62,699 bases of DNA from Bacteroidota bacterium (GCA_037128115.1 JBAXXB010000001.1:1-62699), one strand, 5' to 3'. Counted from the stretch's first letter, positions 17,671-27,023 are shown. Translations and numbers: made by a program. Notes: generated from the letters alone by a model not told the origin.

Positions 17671-18603
17671 TTAATTTATCTTCAAAAAGTGATTTCCTTC
17701 AGGGTTGAAAATAATGTTCATAGCATCAGGCAGAATACTTATTTCAAAATGCTTTGCAAAATGCAATTCCCCATCCAGGTGAAACGGGACCTGAAGACTG
17801 AATTCAATATCTATTTTGCTGGTCTGGTAATAATTCACCTTTTTATCCTGCAGGTGGGCTCCTTTGGGCACTTTGAGCAAAATTCTAAACCGTTCGGGAA
17901 GGGAAAGTTTTTTGATCATGCACACGTCCAATAGCCCATCGTTAGCAATTGCCTTGGGAGTAAGAAAAAAACTTCCTGCAAAGCGCCTGCCGTTGGATAC
18001 CGTGTTAATGAAACAATCCGTTTCTTGGTCGTTTCCTGCCGATAAAACCGTCATTCTTTTTTCATTATAAAACAGCAATGTTTTAATAATGTGATAGATA
18101 TATTTGTGTTTCCCGCCTTTCTTTTCTTTACCGGGCGAAGTATAGTTTTCAGTAGCAACCTGAGCATCGAAACCTAAACCCATTCCATTAAAGAAGGGAA
18201 ATCCATTGCACAAGCCAACATCTATTTTGGAAGTTCTTTTTTCGAATAAGATTTCCCAGTCTTTTTCTTCAAAGCGATTGGGAAAGCCTAAAATCTGAAT
18301 AAAATCATTGCCGGTACCAGCCGGGACCAAACCCAAGGTAACTCCTTTTTTATGCAAAAGCGCCGAGGCAATTTCATTAAACGTGCCGTCGCCCCCAACC
18401 CCTACAATATACTTTGAGCCGCTGCCTGCGTAATACCTTGCCAGATCGGCAGCATGTCCCGGTTTTTCTGAACATACCACTTCAGCATCCACTGCATATT
18501 TTTGTATCATTTCCACTATTTTAGGCTTGAGAGTTATTGCATACCCACTGCCGGCGGTCGGATTGATAATAAAAACCCATTCTTTGCTTTGCATGTTCTC
18601 CAT
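17671..18603 (-). CDS. diacylglycerol-kinase-family lipid kinase (YegS/BmrU-like)
   Basis: FIINPTAGSG and GVGGDGTFNE motifs. ORF 17671..18657 trimmed to ATG 18603 to avoid overlap with the upstream acyltransferase. Confidence 0.85.
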   Translation of the reverse strand: MENMQSKEWVFIINPTAGSGYAITLKPKIVEMIQKYAVDAEVVCSEKPGHAADLARYYAGSGSKYIVGVGGDGTFNEIASALLHKKGVTLGLVPAGTGNDFIQILGFPNRFEEKDWEILFEKRTSKIDVGLCNGFPFFNGMGLGFDAQVATENYTSPGKEKKGGKHKYIYHIIKTLLFYNEKRMTVLSAGNDQETDCFINTVSNGRRFAGSFFLTPKAIANDGLLDVCMIKKLSLPERFRILLKVPKGAHLQDKKVNYYQTSKIDIEFSLQVPFHLDGELHFAKHFEISILPDAMNIIFNPEGNHFLKIN

Positions 18604-18637
18604 TGGTTGAGGTTTTGTGTTTCTTTGAACCGTAGTG

Positions 18638-19348
18638 CTATAGGCAGCCGGATTCAAGTATTTTTTTCATTTCATTAATGATCTCCTTGTCGGTTTTTAC
18701 TTTAAGCACATTGAAATTTATAGGTTTATTGATAACCACACTGAGTTTAGCATTGAAATTAATATGAAACCGGTTTTTAGGTTTTAATGAATAGAAACCA
18801 TTGAGCGTAACGGGCAGTATGTCAGCCTCCGAACCTCTCAAAATATAAATAAAACCCCTGAAAAAATTATTCATACTGCCATTAAGTGTTCTAGTCCCTT
18901 CCGGGAACATGGCTATAGTGCATTGTTTTGATTTCTCGATTATTTCATCCATCATCAGCCTGGTATTCTTAATCGTAGGCTCCTTAACTGGGATATAGTC
19001 GACCATTTTCAGAATCTGGTTGAAAACAGGTACTTTCATCAGGCGTTCATGACCAAACCAAGCCACCCCGGGATAGAACGACATAATGGCCATGATATCG
19101 AACAGGCTGGCATGATTTGCTATGATAATGTATCGCTTGCTATTGGAATAATTTTCAATCCCATAAATTTTCAATCTTTTTCCTAAAACCCAAAATACCG
19201 AATTTGCCCAGAATTGTACTAAATATTTTACATTTTTTTTTAAGCGGAGATAGGCAAACGGAAGTATAATAATTACCAGAATTGCAGTTTGAACATACAG
19301 AACTGCAAATGCCAGTATTGAAATGAATTTATAAATTCGGGTTCTCAT
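18638..19348 (-). CDS. plsC: 1-acyl-sn-glycerol-3-phosphate (lysophospholipid) acyltransferase
   Basis: NHASLFD (HX4D) and FPEGTR motifs, with an N-terminal TM helix. Confidence 0.85.
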   Translation of the reverse strand: MRTRIYKFISILAFAVLYVQTAILVIIILPFAYLRLKKNVKYLVQFWANSVFWVLGKRLKIYGIENYSNSKRYIIIANHASLFDIMAIMSFYPGVAWFGHERLMKVPVFNQILKMVDYIPVKEPTIKNTRLMMDEIIEKSKQCTIAMFPEGTRTLNGSMNNFFRGFIYILRGSEADILPVTLNGFYSLKPKNRFHINFNAKLSVVINKPINFNVLKVKTDKEIINEMKKILESGCL

Positions 19349-19375
19349 GGTTCAGAATTAGTCGCAAGATACATT

Positions 19376-19410
19376 ATTTAAATTTAATAAGCTGCATATT
19401 AAATTTAAAT
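19376..19410. promoter_or_regulatory. 35-bp perfect AT-rich palindrome 28 nt upstream of plsC
   Basis: ATTTAAATTTAATA-AGCTGCA-TATTAAATTTAAAT, with 14-bp perfect arms, read directly. Confidence 0.3.
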
Positions 19411-19637
19411 GAATCATCTTTCAATATTCCGGACTAAATAAAAATAGCTTGTAGCAAATTATAAATTTACAGAAACTATCTATTTGATTTTCTGACCATT
19501 AATAAATATATTACCTCCTTGCCTTGTACATATTGAATTATCAATAGAGAAACAGTATGAGAAGAATTCAAGTGCAAGGTTATAAGTGAAGAAGGCACAA
19601 GTGAACTTTAATTACTTGTTATACAACTATTTGCATA

Positions 19638-20693
19638 TTACTTCCCCATTAACGCCCCAATTGCTTTAAAATCCATTTTCTGGTCATATTCCTTTACCAC
19701 ATTGGCAAGCACTTGTGAAGACGCATTGTACCCCTCAATATGCACAGCAATAAGCTGAGCGTTTGTAAGAAGTAATTTTTTATCATAGTAATTCCTGTTT
19801 TCACGCGAAATACAACCCAGGATCTTTTTCGGATCCTCTGTATCGTAAAATCCGGGGAAATGCAGATTTTCGTCTACCAGTCCGGAACCATGTCCCATAT
19901 CGATAATAGCCGGTTTTGCTTCATCGGCTGCCGGCAAGTTAATAAGCAGGCGTTCGAATTCGGCAATTACTGTTGTATTATGATACGTTTCGCGTGACAG
20001 ATATGTTTTCTGCCATTGGGGATCTTTAATTTCGGCAGCCGATTTTTCAACCTGTTGCTGTATCTTTTTGAAACTCTGTATGACAAGGCCCAGAAATTCC
20101 TTCCGGGTCATAGGTATATAGGGCTGCTTCCCCGGCAGGGTAAAAACATATACCTTGTCAAATTTACCACCACGGGTATTATAATAAAGCCCGTCGGGTT
20201 CCAGCTGATAATAAAATGCACCATCCCTCACTCCCACCGGCACTTTTCTTGCCACATAAACTGAATCATTCAGCGTTACACTCCCTGCGCCAAGCAGATT
20301 CTCACTGTTAACACTAATACTAATGGCGGTGCCGGTTTCATCATCAACAATTTCCTTGTTATTGTATCCACAACCGAACTTGAAAAACATTGCCGTACTC
20401 CAAAATACCCCGTTACAATATTCCGCATAAGTATCCTGGTCATGGTACGAATCGTTCCAGCGTGCTTCGCATCCAACAGGCTGAGGATAGGCATCCACAA
20501 TAATTTTTCTGAGCGCCAGCGCCACCGCTTTTTGCTTTGTCAAAAGCTTGTCTTTTGTCGGCGAAAGATGGGTTTCTTCAAATTTCCAGCTTGTTTTCCT
20601 TTGAGCAAGGACGGCAACATCGCAATCCTGCCCGAAGGAAAAGATTGACAAGACAAGTAAGAAAACAGTTGTGATGAAATTGAGTAATTTCAT
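19638..20693 (-). CDS. secreted hypothetical protein (paralog of 25644..26783)
   Basis: Signal peptide MKLLNFITTVFLLVLSIFSFGQ. No family recognised. Shares collinear blocks with the first gene of the cluster (DAYPQPVGCEARW / SAYELAGTEAKYW; GKQPYIPMTRKEFL / GQLPYTPVSRKQYL). Confidence 0.7.
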   Translation of the reverse strand: MKLLNFITTVFLLVLSIFSFGQDCDVAVLAQRKTSWKFEETHLSPTKDKLLTKQKAVALALRKIIVDAYPQPVGCEARWNDSYHDQDTYAEYCNGVFWSTAMFFKFGCGYNNKEIVDDETGTAISISVNSENLLGAGSVTLNDSVYVARKVPVGVRDGAFYYQLEPDGLYYNTRGGKFDKVYVFTLPGKQPYIPMTRKEFLGLVIQSFKKIQQQVEKSAAEIKDPQWQKTYLSRETYHNTTVIAEFERLLINLPAADEAKPAIIDMGHGSGLVDENLHFPGFYDTEDPKKILGCISRENRNYYDKKLLLTNAQLIAVHIEGYNASSQVLANVVKEYDQKMDFKAIGALMGK

Positions 20694-20732
20694 AGTAAGG
20701 GGTCTTAGGCACTATAAGGATAAAATGTATTT

Positions 20733-22859
20733 CTAGAAACTAATTTTATTCATACCACTCAGCGCACCAGCTCCTTCAATCGACCCATGACCGCTGATAA
20801 GACTGACTTTTGCGTCCATTCCCACTTTTGCGGTAACAGATATATCGCCCGTCTGAATTTCACCAGGTGGATTTGTTTCCGGAACAACACCACCACCAAC
20901 TGACGCTTCAACACCGACTTTGGCAGTTATATCCTTCAGACCGGTGCGGTCAAATTCGGCTTTCACCCCGCCGCTAACCGAAACTTCAGCCTTGAGTGGC
21001 CCAAGTTCCCTTGAACCTAGAGTTTTACTTGTCCCAATTTCAACGGAGCAGCCCATAAACTGGTCGGCAAATCCTTCCTTGTTCATATTTTGTTTTATTC
21101 CCAGTTTTATGACATCCAGGTCAAGTTCGGCTGAAAGCCTGCTACAATCCATATTGATTTTCCCCACCAGGGTTGACAACTCAGAATGGTATTGGCAATG
21201 GATATCATCAAAATCGGGCAACGGTTTACCATTTCCTTTATTAACCTCTTTTTCAGGCCCGCATAAGGGGCCATCAACAAAAATATGAAATGAACTCGAT
21301 ATAGTGCTCAGCCAGAGGATCTGGGTAGTGAGCTTTTCTACTTCCCAATCTTCAGGCCATAAAACGTACTGCCTGTAATAGGTTTCCTGGTTAAATTTCA
21401 GGCGTGTAGCGGCTAAGAATTCGTTCTGTACCTGCTCTAGTCCTGTGTTATACGCCTTTATATAGTTATTCTTCAGTGCAAAGTACCGCGGGCAAAAGTC
21501 GGCATTCGCCCTGCCTTCACCATCTTGCTTTTCTTCTTCCTTATCAAGCTTTTTGACAGCCTCATTATAATTCTTTGTTAGAGTAGCTTTACTTGCTTCG
21601 TAACCGGTTAATTTCTCAGTGGCATTTTTAATCCGCCTGGTATAGGATCCATCCGAATCGGTTGATAAGGCTGCAAGTTTGAGTGTAACCGCCTGTGCAA
21701 AAACTGGCTGCGTCTGCATTTTAGCTCCGGTTTTACCTGCATTCATAATTTCCGCATCTCTCTTTTTCCTGGCGGCAGTGGCAACTTGTTCGGCCTGGCC
21801 ACGAAGGGCTGATAACTGATCAATTTTAGCTTCGCACGCTTCTTTAAATTGACTCCATTCTTCTTTGAGAAAGATTGATTCTTCTACCGATTCCGGTATG
21901 GCCGGTGCTACAAATTTCTCGAGTCCCAATGGATCAGATCCGGATTTAAAAGGCAGCCTGATATCATTTTCCGTAAATTCATACCCCAGTTTTGAAAGTT
22001 GATCCTGTTTTTCCATTGTATATGCCTGCTGGATCGATTTTTTCATACAAGCAACGGCGGCATCCGTATTTCCTTTGCTTTGTTCGATCGCACTCTTGGT
22101 GGCATTAGCCTGCGAATGAGCCGGGAACAACCGTATTGTGCTATCCATGTAAGCGTCAGCTTTTGGCATGTCGCCCAGTCCAAACCAGGCCTGGCCAAGG
22201 TTATTCAGTACAGTGCTGTTTTTAGGGAACTGCTTGTTGAGTTTATTGAGCAAGGGAAGAGCAAGTTGTTCGGCTCCGCACATCGACAGCATAGAAGCAT
22301 AATTATTCAGGTTATCGGTATTGGCAGGATCATCCATACAAGCCTTACCCATCACGTAAAGAGCAAATTCAATCTTGCCCATCATCCAAAGATCGACAGC
22401 AAAATTCCCGGTTGCCTGAGCTGAATGATATTTAGTCTTAGCAAACTGGTAAAGGGCCTCACCTTTCGCTTCGGCCAGGGGTACCAATTGTGTTAAAACT
22501 TTATTGTGCGTTGCAATGAGGTATGCTGGGAGAGTACCGCTGGTTAAAGGAGTCTTCGAAATAGCAGCGATCCTTGTTTCGTCAAGCGGAGGGACGACTC
22601 GGTTGGCAAGGTCCATCGTTTGCTGCATCTGTAGTGCGTTCACTTTCGACATATCCTGCATTGTAGGCAATTTCACACCCATCTGCTCCATCATCTTTTT
22701 TTCTTCGGGGCTCATGCCCTCCGATATTTTTTGCATGGCTTTGGCCGCATCATCTATCTCTTTCTGAGTCGGGGGAGCCGGTTGTTTTGTGTTGGTTTGC
22801 GCCTGAATAACAAAAACAAAATATGTCAGGCTTAAGAGTATCAGGATGATCTTTTTCAT
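20733..22859 (-). CDS. secreted TPR-containing protein with coiled-coil middle and Gly/Val-rich beta C-terminus
   Basis: Signal peptide MKKIILILLSLTYFVFVIQAQ. TPR-like region (NLNNYASMLSMCG...NNLGQAWFGLGDMPKADAYMDSTIRLFPAHSQA). The C-terminus ends ...AGALSGMNKISF. Confidence 0.7.
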   Translation of the reverse strand: MKKIILILLSLTYFVFVIQAQTNTKQPAPPTQKEIDDAAKAMQKISEGMSPEEKKMMEQMGVKLPTMQDMSKVNALQMQQTMDLANRVVPPLDETRIAAISKTPLTSGTLPAYLIATHNKVLTQLVPLAEAKGEALYQFAKTKYHSAQATGNFAVDLWMMGKIEFALYVMGKACMDDPANTDNLNNYASMLSMCGAEQLALPLLNKLNKQFPKNSTVLNNLGQAWFGLGDMPKADAYMDSTIRLFPAHSQANATKSAIEQSKGNTDAAVACMKKSIQQAYTMEKQDQLSKLGYEFTENDIRLPFKSGSDPLGLEKFVAPAIPESVEESIFLKEEWSQFKEACEAKIDQLSALRGQAEQVATAARKKRDAEIMNAGKTGAKMQTQPVFAQAVTLKLAALSTDSDGSYTRRIKNATEKLTGYEASKATLTKNYNEAVKKLDKEEEKQDGEGRANADFCPRYFALKNNYIKAYNTGLEQVQNEFLAATRLKFNQETYYRQYVLWPEDWEVEKLTTQILWLSTISSSFHIFVDGPLCGPEKEVNKGNGKPLPDFDDIHCQYHSELSTLVGKINMDCSRLSAELDLDVIKLGIKQNMNKEGFADQFMGCSVEIGTSKTLGSRELGPLKAEVSVSGGVKAEFDRTGLKDITAKVGVEASVGGGVVPETNPPGEIQTGDISVTAKVGMDAKVSLISGHGSIEGAGALSGMNKISF

Positions 22860-22961
22860 ATAAACAAATTGATTGGTTTGTGGGAATTAGTTTGTATCCG
22901 TAGTTAATTGATTGAATTGCAGCTAATTTCATACTTAATAAAGTACTGCCAGTTTCGCATT

Positions 22962-24209
22962 TCAGGGTTTCAGTTTCATATCGCGGCTGCCGATATAAAA
23001 TATTTTACTTGTTGCCGGCGATTCATTCAGGAATGCAGTAAATGACCTTTGCAAAACCCTTCCATCGTCATAATTCAATATTATGGTGAAGTTCTTAATT
23101 TCGTACTTCCCGCTGCCAGGCCTAAGTTTCGGATCGTTTGCATATTCGCCAATATAATTATCATCGATAAATTGACCATTTGTTGTAAAACTGATAGTAG
23201 GATTAGGTTTATTAAGCGAGATGTAATAGGCTATGGATGTAGGATCGGCCGAATTGTAGGTTCCGTTCAGTGTTAAACCATCCACGGGCTGGCATTTTAC
23301 ATATTCATATTTATCGAGGTATTTCAATTTTGCCGGGGGATAAAACACATACAGTCGGTTAGCCGATGAATAATGATCCATTTTAGCTGTAACCATATTT
23401 CTATCCATGGAATAGGAACCGGCATAATCGTTTTTGGGATCGTTCCGGTTAAAGTTGATCAGCCCATCGTGCGGCATTCCGTCGTAATATTTCCCGTCGC
23501 TCCAGAATACTCTCCATTTTATAGCCTGTGCAGTGGCTTTATAGGTTGATCCGTAATTATTCCGGTTGTTCACATAATCGTAGGAGGTAACACCGAAAAC
23601 ATATTTCCCGTTCTCGAAGCCCACCCAAACGCCTGCAATACCCGGTTCAGGAGTGATTGGCTTGTTTACTGAGCTAATCGTTAGTGCAGTTGCTTCCCCT
23701 TGGGAACCATGGATATTTACACTTGACAAACCGTTTGTTTTAATCAATGCTATAGAGCTCAGGAAAGCCTCCTCTTCTTTATTAAACAGGGCGCTGTTAC
23801 TGTTTATTGAGGCTGAAATGATCTTCCCATCAGCCGCATACGAAACTAGCTTTATGGTATACGTACCGCTTTGCTTCGTTGTCACATTTGTAGATCCTGA
23901 GAAAACATTCCATCCATTTTGCATAGAATGGCTGATCAGAGGCTTATCACTAATGCCAAACGGAATATTTACCAGCTCGTTCCATTCGGTGAGGAATTCC
24001 TTTTCGGAAACCGAATTTATGAGCCGGCTTTTGTATAATCCTGCAACACAAAAAGCATTGCCTTTAGAGGCTGTAAACGAAACTGATCCTGCCTGTGTAT
24101 CGCGCTTCCACGATTGAGGAGGGCTAAATGTAACAATATCAAAGGTTTCGGTTTGGGCGAAACCGTTTATCGTAAGAATTATTGCTATGATACTAAATAG
24201 TATTTTCAT
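22962..24209 (-). CDS. secreted hypothetical protein
   Basis: 415-aa ORF with signal peptide MKILFSIIAIILTINGFAQ. No recognisable family. Confidence 0.65.
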   Translation of the reverse strand: MKILFSIIAIILTINGFAQTETFDIVTFSPPQSWKRDTQAGSVSFTASKGNAFCVAGLYKSRLINSVSEKEFLTEWNELVNIPFGISDKPLISHSMQNGWNVFSGSTNVTTKQSGTYTIKLVSYAADGKIISASINSNSALFNKEEEAFLSSIALIKTNGLSSVNIHGSQGEATALTISSVNKPITPEPGIAGVWVGFENGKYVFGVTSYDYVNNRNNYGSTYKATAQAIKWRVFWSDGKYYDGMPHDGLINFNRNDPKNDYAGSYSMDRNMVTAKMDHYSSANRLYVFYPPAKLKYLDKYEYVKCQPVDGLTLNGTYNSADPTSIAYYISLNKPNPTISFTTNGQFIDDNYIGEYANDPKLRPGSGKYEIKNFTIILNYDDGRVLQRSFTAFLNESPATSKIFYIGSRDMKLKP

Positions 24210-24323
24210 TATTCAAATGGTTAAACCAAATCTTTCGATTTCAGAAGTTTAAAGAATTACCTGGATGTAAAAAGAACTGGATCCGATTTTCATTTTAAAC
24301 TTATGACATTAATATCCAATGGA

Positions 24324-25556
24324 TTAAAACTTCACAAATTCGACCCGTCGGTTCTGCGCCTTGCCTTCGCGGGTATCGTTTGCAGTAATAGGTTTGCTTT
24401 CGCCAAATCCCTTGCTTTTCAGCCGCTTCGCATCAATTCCCAGGGCAACCATCTGATCCAGTATGGCTTTGGCACGCATTTCCGAAAGTTTCTGGTTCGA
24501 AATTTCATTTCCGTCACTATCGGTATGTCCTTCGACTGAAAACCTGAGCTCAGGATGGTCGGTCATCATTTTTACAACATAATTGATAGTTCCCATCGAT
24601 TCAGGCCTGATGGTTGCTTTGTTTACATCAAACCGGATACCGGTGGTAACAAATTTGCCGTCAGTTATAAACTTATCGTAAAGAGGGACTGCACCTTTGG
24701 CTATCCGTATGTTCTTTACATAAGCCCCTCCCTGCTTCGTCATATCACTGTTAATAGTAATTCCTGTTGGATTCCCGTCAACATTGGGCAGGTTGATTAC
24801 TCGGGCATCATCGAGGTAAACTTTAAGGGCCCGTTTGTTAAATGATATGGCAACGTGCCGCCAACGTGCCTGTTTATCAGTATAGCCATCTGCTCCCGGG
24901 TATTTTTCCTCAGCAATTGTGCCATATTTTACGGCCCCGGTATAAATAGTGAGCGGGGTCATTATGCTTGACTGCTTCCGCTTTGCATAAAACGATAACA
25001 TATAGCGCTGGCTGGTGAACGAAGGGATGAAATAGCAATCGAACTCAACTGTAAATTGCTCGGGAAGATAATCGGCCGAAGGATCTTTCATTAAAGGGAA
25101 AATACCTCCGTCGAGGGCGTGATCGCGTATGTAAATGACATTGGAGGAGTCGAAAACCGCATTTTCATAAACACCCCCTGCCAAATCCCACTTTGATGGG
25201 AATTCACCATTTTGTTCGTCCTGCTGGTTGTCTTCGAAAATGATCTCAGTTCCGGGAACAAAATCGTATTTTGACCACTCAAGGACAGGGGCAGGTTTTT
25301 CCTGTTCCTGTGAAGCACCGTTTTTATCCGGGTTTGAGTTTCCCAGTTTGGTATTTCCTGAATTGTCGGAGTCAGCTTTTAAAGTTTTGTCGGTGCCGGT
25401 TTCACCAGCCTGTGTAGTGTGTTTCCCTCCGCCTTTTACAATCTTGCTTTCAGCTTTATCGAGGCTGTGGTTTACAATTTTATTTACACTGAACTGTGCC
25501 ATAGCAACTCCAACCGACAGGCTGATTAATGCTATAAAGGAGATAGTTTTTTTCAT
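24324..25556 (-). CDS. OmpA-family protein (N-terminal jelly-roll/lectin-like region plus C-terminal OmpA peptidoglycan-binding domain)
   Basis: C-terminus GHTDSDGNEISNQKLSEMRAKAI...NRRVEFVKF is a canonical OmpA_C domain. Start trimmed to ATG 25556 (MKKTISFIALISLSVGVAMAQ). Confidence 0.85.
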   Translation of the reverse strand: MKKTISFIALISLSVGVAMAQFSVNKIVNHSLDKAESKIVKGGGKHTTQAGETGTDKTLKADSDNSGNTKLGNSNPDKNGASQEQEKPAPVLEWSKYDFVPGTEIIFEDNQQDEQNGEFPSKWDLAGGVYENAVFDSSNVIYIRDHALDGGIFPLMKDPSADYLPEQFTVEFDCYFIPSFTSQRYMLSFYAKRKQSSIMTPLTIYTGAVKYGTIAEEKYPGADGYTDKQARWRHVAISFNKRALKVYLDDARVINLPNVDGNPTGITINSDMTKQGGAYVKNIRIAKGAVPLYDKFITDGKFVTTGIRFDVNKATIRPESMGTINYVVKMMTDHPELRFSVEGHTDSDGNEISNQKLSEMRAKAILDQMVALGIDAKRLKSKGFGESKPITANDTREGKAQNRRVEFVKF

Positions 25557-25643
25557 ATCTGTAATTTGCATAAAGTGAAGTCAAAATCTGCAAGCAAAAA
25601 CGATGAACAGCAATAAACTGAGTGCGGTTTTTGAATTTGAAAT

Positions 25644-26783
25644 CTATTTATCCAGCATTTGCTGCAATGACCTGAAGTCAAAGTTCTTTTCAACCTGCAA
25701 TCCAAAGTTGGTTCCCGGTGAGTTGCCTCCCCACATCCAGTAAACAGCAAAAAACTGAGGATTATAGCCAGGTTGTTTAGTAAAATAATTTTCATTAACC
25801 GCAACCAGCATGCGGCCTTTAGGCTCGTTTTCGAAAATTTTAAAGTCGTTTTTATGATTTCCGGGTTTCAGCAGGGCGGGTTTGGACAACTCCTCTGCGG
25901 GTTGGCTATCCAGGAAATCTTCAGCCGGTTTGATATCTTTCCGGTAAGTTGCCTCCATCTGAGTAAGCGCATTCTGATGTTCTTCCTTGTCGGAAACGTA
26001 AAATCGCAGGTAGTTGCTTTTAGCCCTGTCCTTGTCGCGCTGATCGGGTCCTGAAAACTGGTCGGCTTTGTCGTATCCCTGTTTTTTTGCTTCTTCTTCT
26101 TCTGCATCACTCCTAACCGGGCGTTTAGTCTCATAAGCAACATCAACCTTATACGATTCTTCCCTGTATTTTAAAAACGCAAGTAAATATTGTTTGCGGC
26201 TAACAGGGGTATAAGGTAACTGGCCGGTCCTGGAGACTAGAATAGTCCGCGAAAACTGTTTGCTGCCCTGTAATTCATTTCCATCAGCTCCCGCAAAAAG
26301 CGGAAACCCATCCAACTCGCCCAGTTGGGGAGTGAGTTGGTAGACTTGCCTGTTTTCAATCATGAAATCCTGGTCCAACATGGCAAACCGACCAAATGTA
26401 TTTGCCCAAATAAAAAACCAGTCTCCGGTTTCGTTTCCAAGCTTTAAATTGTTTGTTTTCTGAAAGCTGTTGCAATAGTATTCCATAAAATCAGCATTCA
26501 ACGAATAGGGGAAAGCCGTGTTTTTTATCCAAGACGCATCTTTCTTTTCATCATACCAGTATTTAGCTTCGGTTCCTGCCAGTTCATAAGCTGATTGTAA
26601 AAGTTGCACCATTTTGTCCATGTGTCTTACAGCTTCCGGAGACTTGGCCTTACCCGCATCATAGGCGGTGTTTTTTATCCATTTCCCCTTCAAAGCCATA
26701 ATAGACTCATCCGTGCAGTTGCCTTGGGCATAAGAGCCTTCAGCAAGCATGAAGAATAGAAGAATCAGGCTAATCACTTTCAT
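25644..26783 (-). CDS. secreted hypothetical protein (paralog of 19638..20693)
   Basis: Start trimmed to ATG 26783 (MKVISLILLFFMLAEGSYAQ). No family recognised. First gene after the two-component pair. Confidence 0.7.
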   Translation of the reverse strand: MKVISLILLFFMLAEGSYAQGNCTDESIMALKGKWIKNTAYDAGKAKSPEAVRHMDKMVQLLQSAYELAGTEAKYWYDEKKDASWIKNTAFPYSLNADFMEYYCNSFQKTNNLKLGNETGDWFFIWANTFGRFAMLDQDFMIENRQVYQLTPQLGELDGFPLFAGADGNELQGSKQFSRTILVSRTGQLPYTPVSRKQYLLAFLKYREESYKVDVAYETKRPVRSDAEEEEAKKQGYDKADQFSGPDQRDKDRAKSNYLRFYVSDKEEHQNALTQMEATYRKDIKPAEDFLDSQPAEELSKPALLKPGNHKNDFKIFENEPKGRMLVAVNENYFTKQPGYNPQFFAVYWMWGGNSPGTNFGLQVEKNFDFRSLQQMLDK

Positions 26784-27023
26784 GGTCGATTGAAAATCAG
26801 TCATCTGGAATGCAGTCTAATTAATTCATTATGTGAATCCATCCGGAACATTTAATCCGTAAATAAAAAATTGCGATTAAAGCAGAGACGCAAATTCCCG
26901 GACTTACACGCGGATGCAGGAAAGCTTTTCCCGGAATGTAAAGTTGCGCAGAGTTGCACATTCTGACAATCCCCAAATAGTGTTAGGGGATGTATAGCAT
27001 CACGAATCTCGATATCAATAGAT

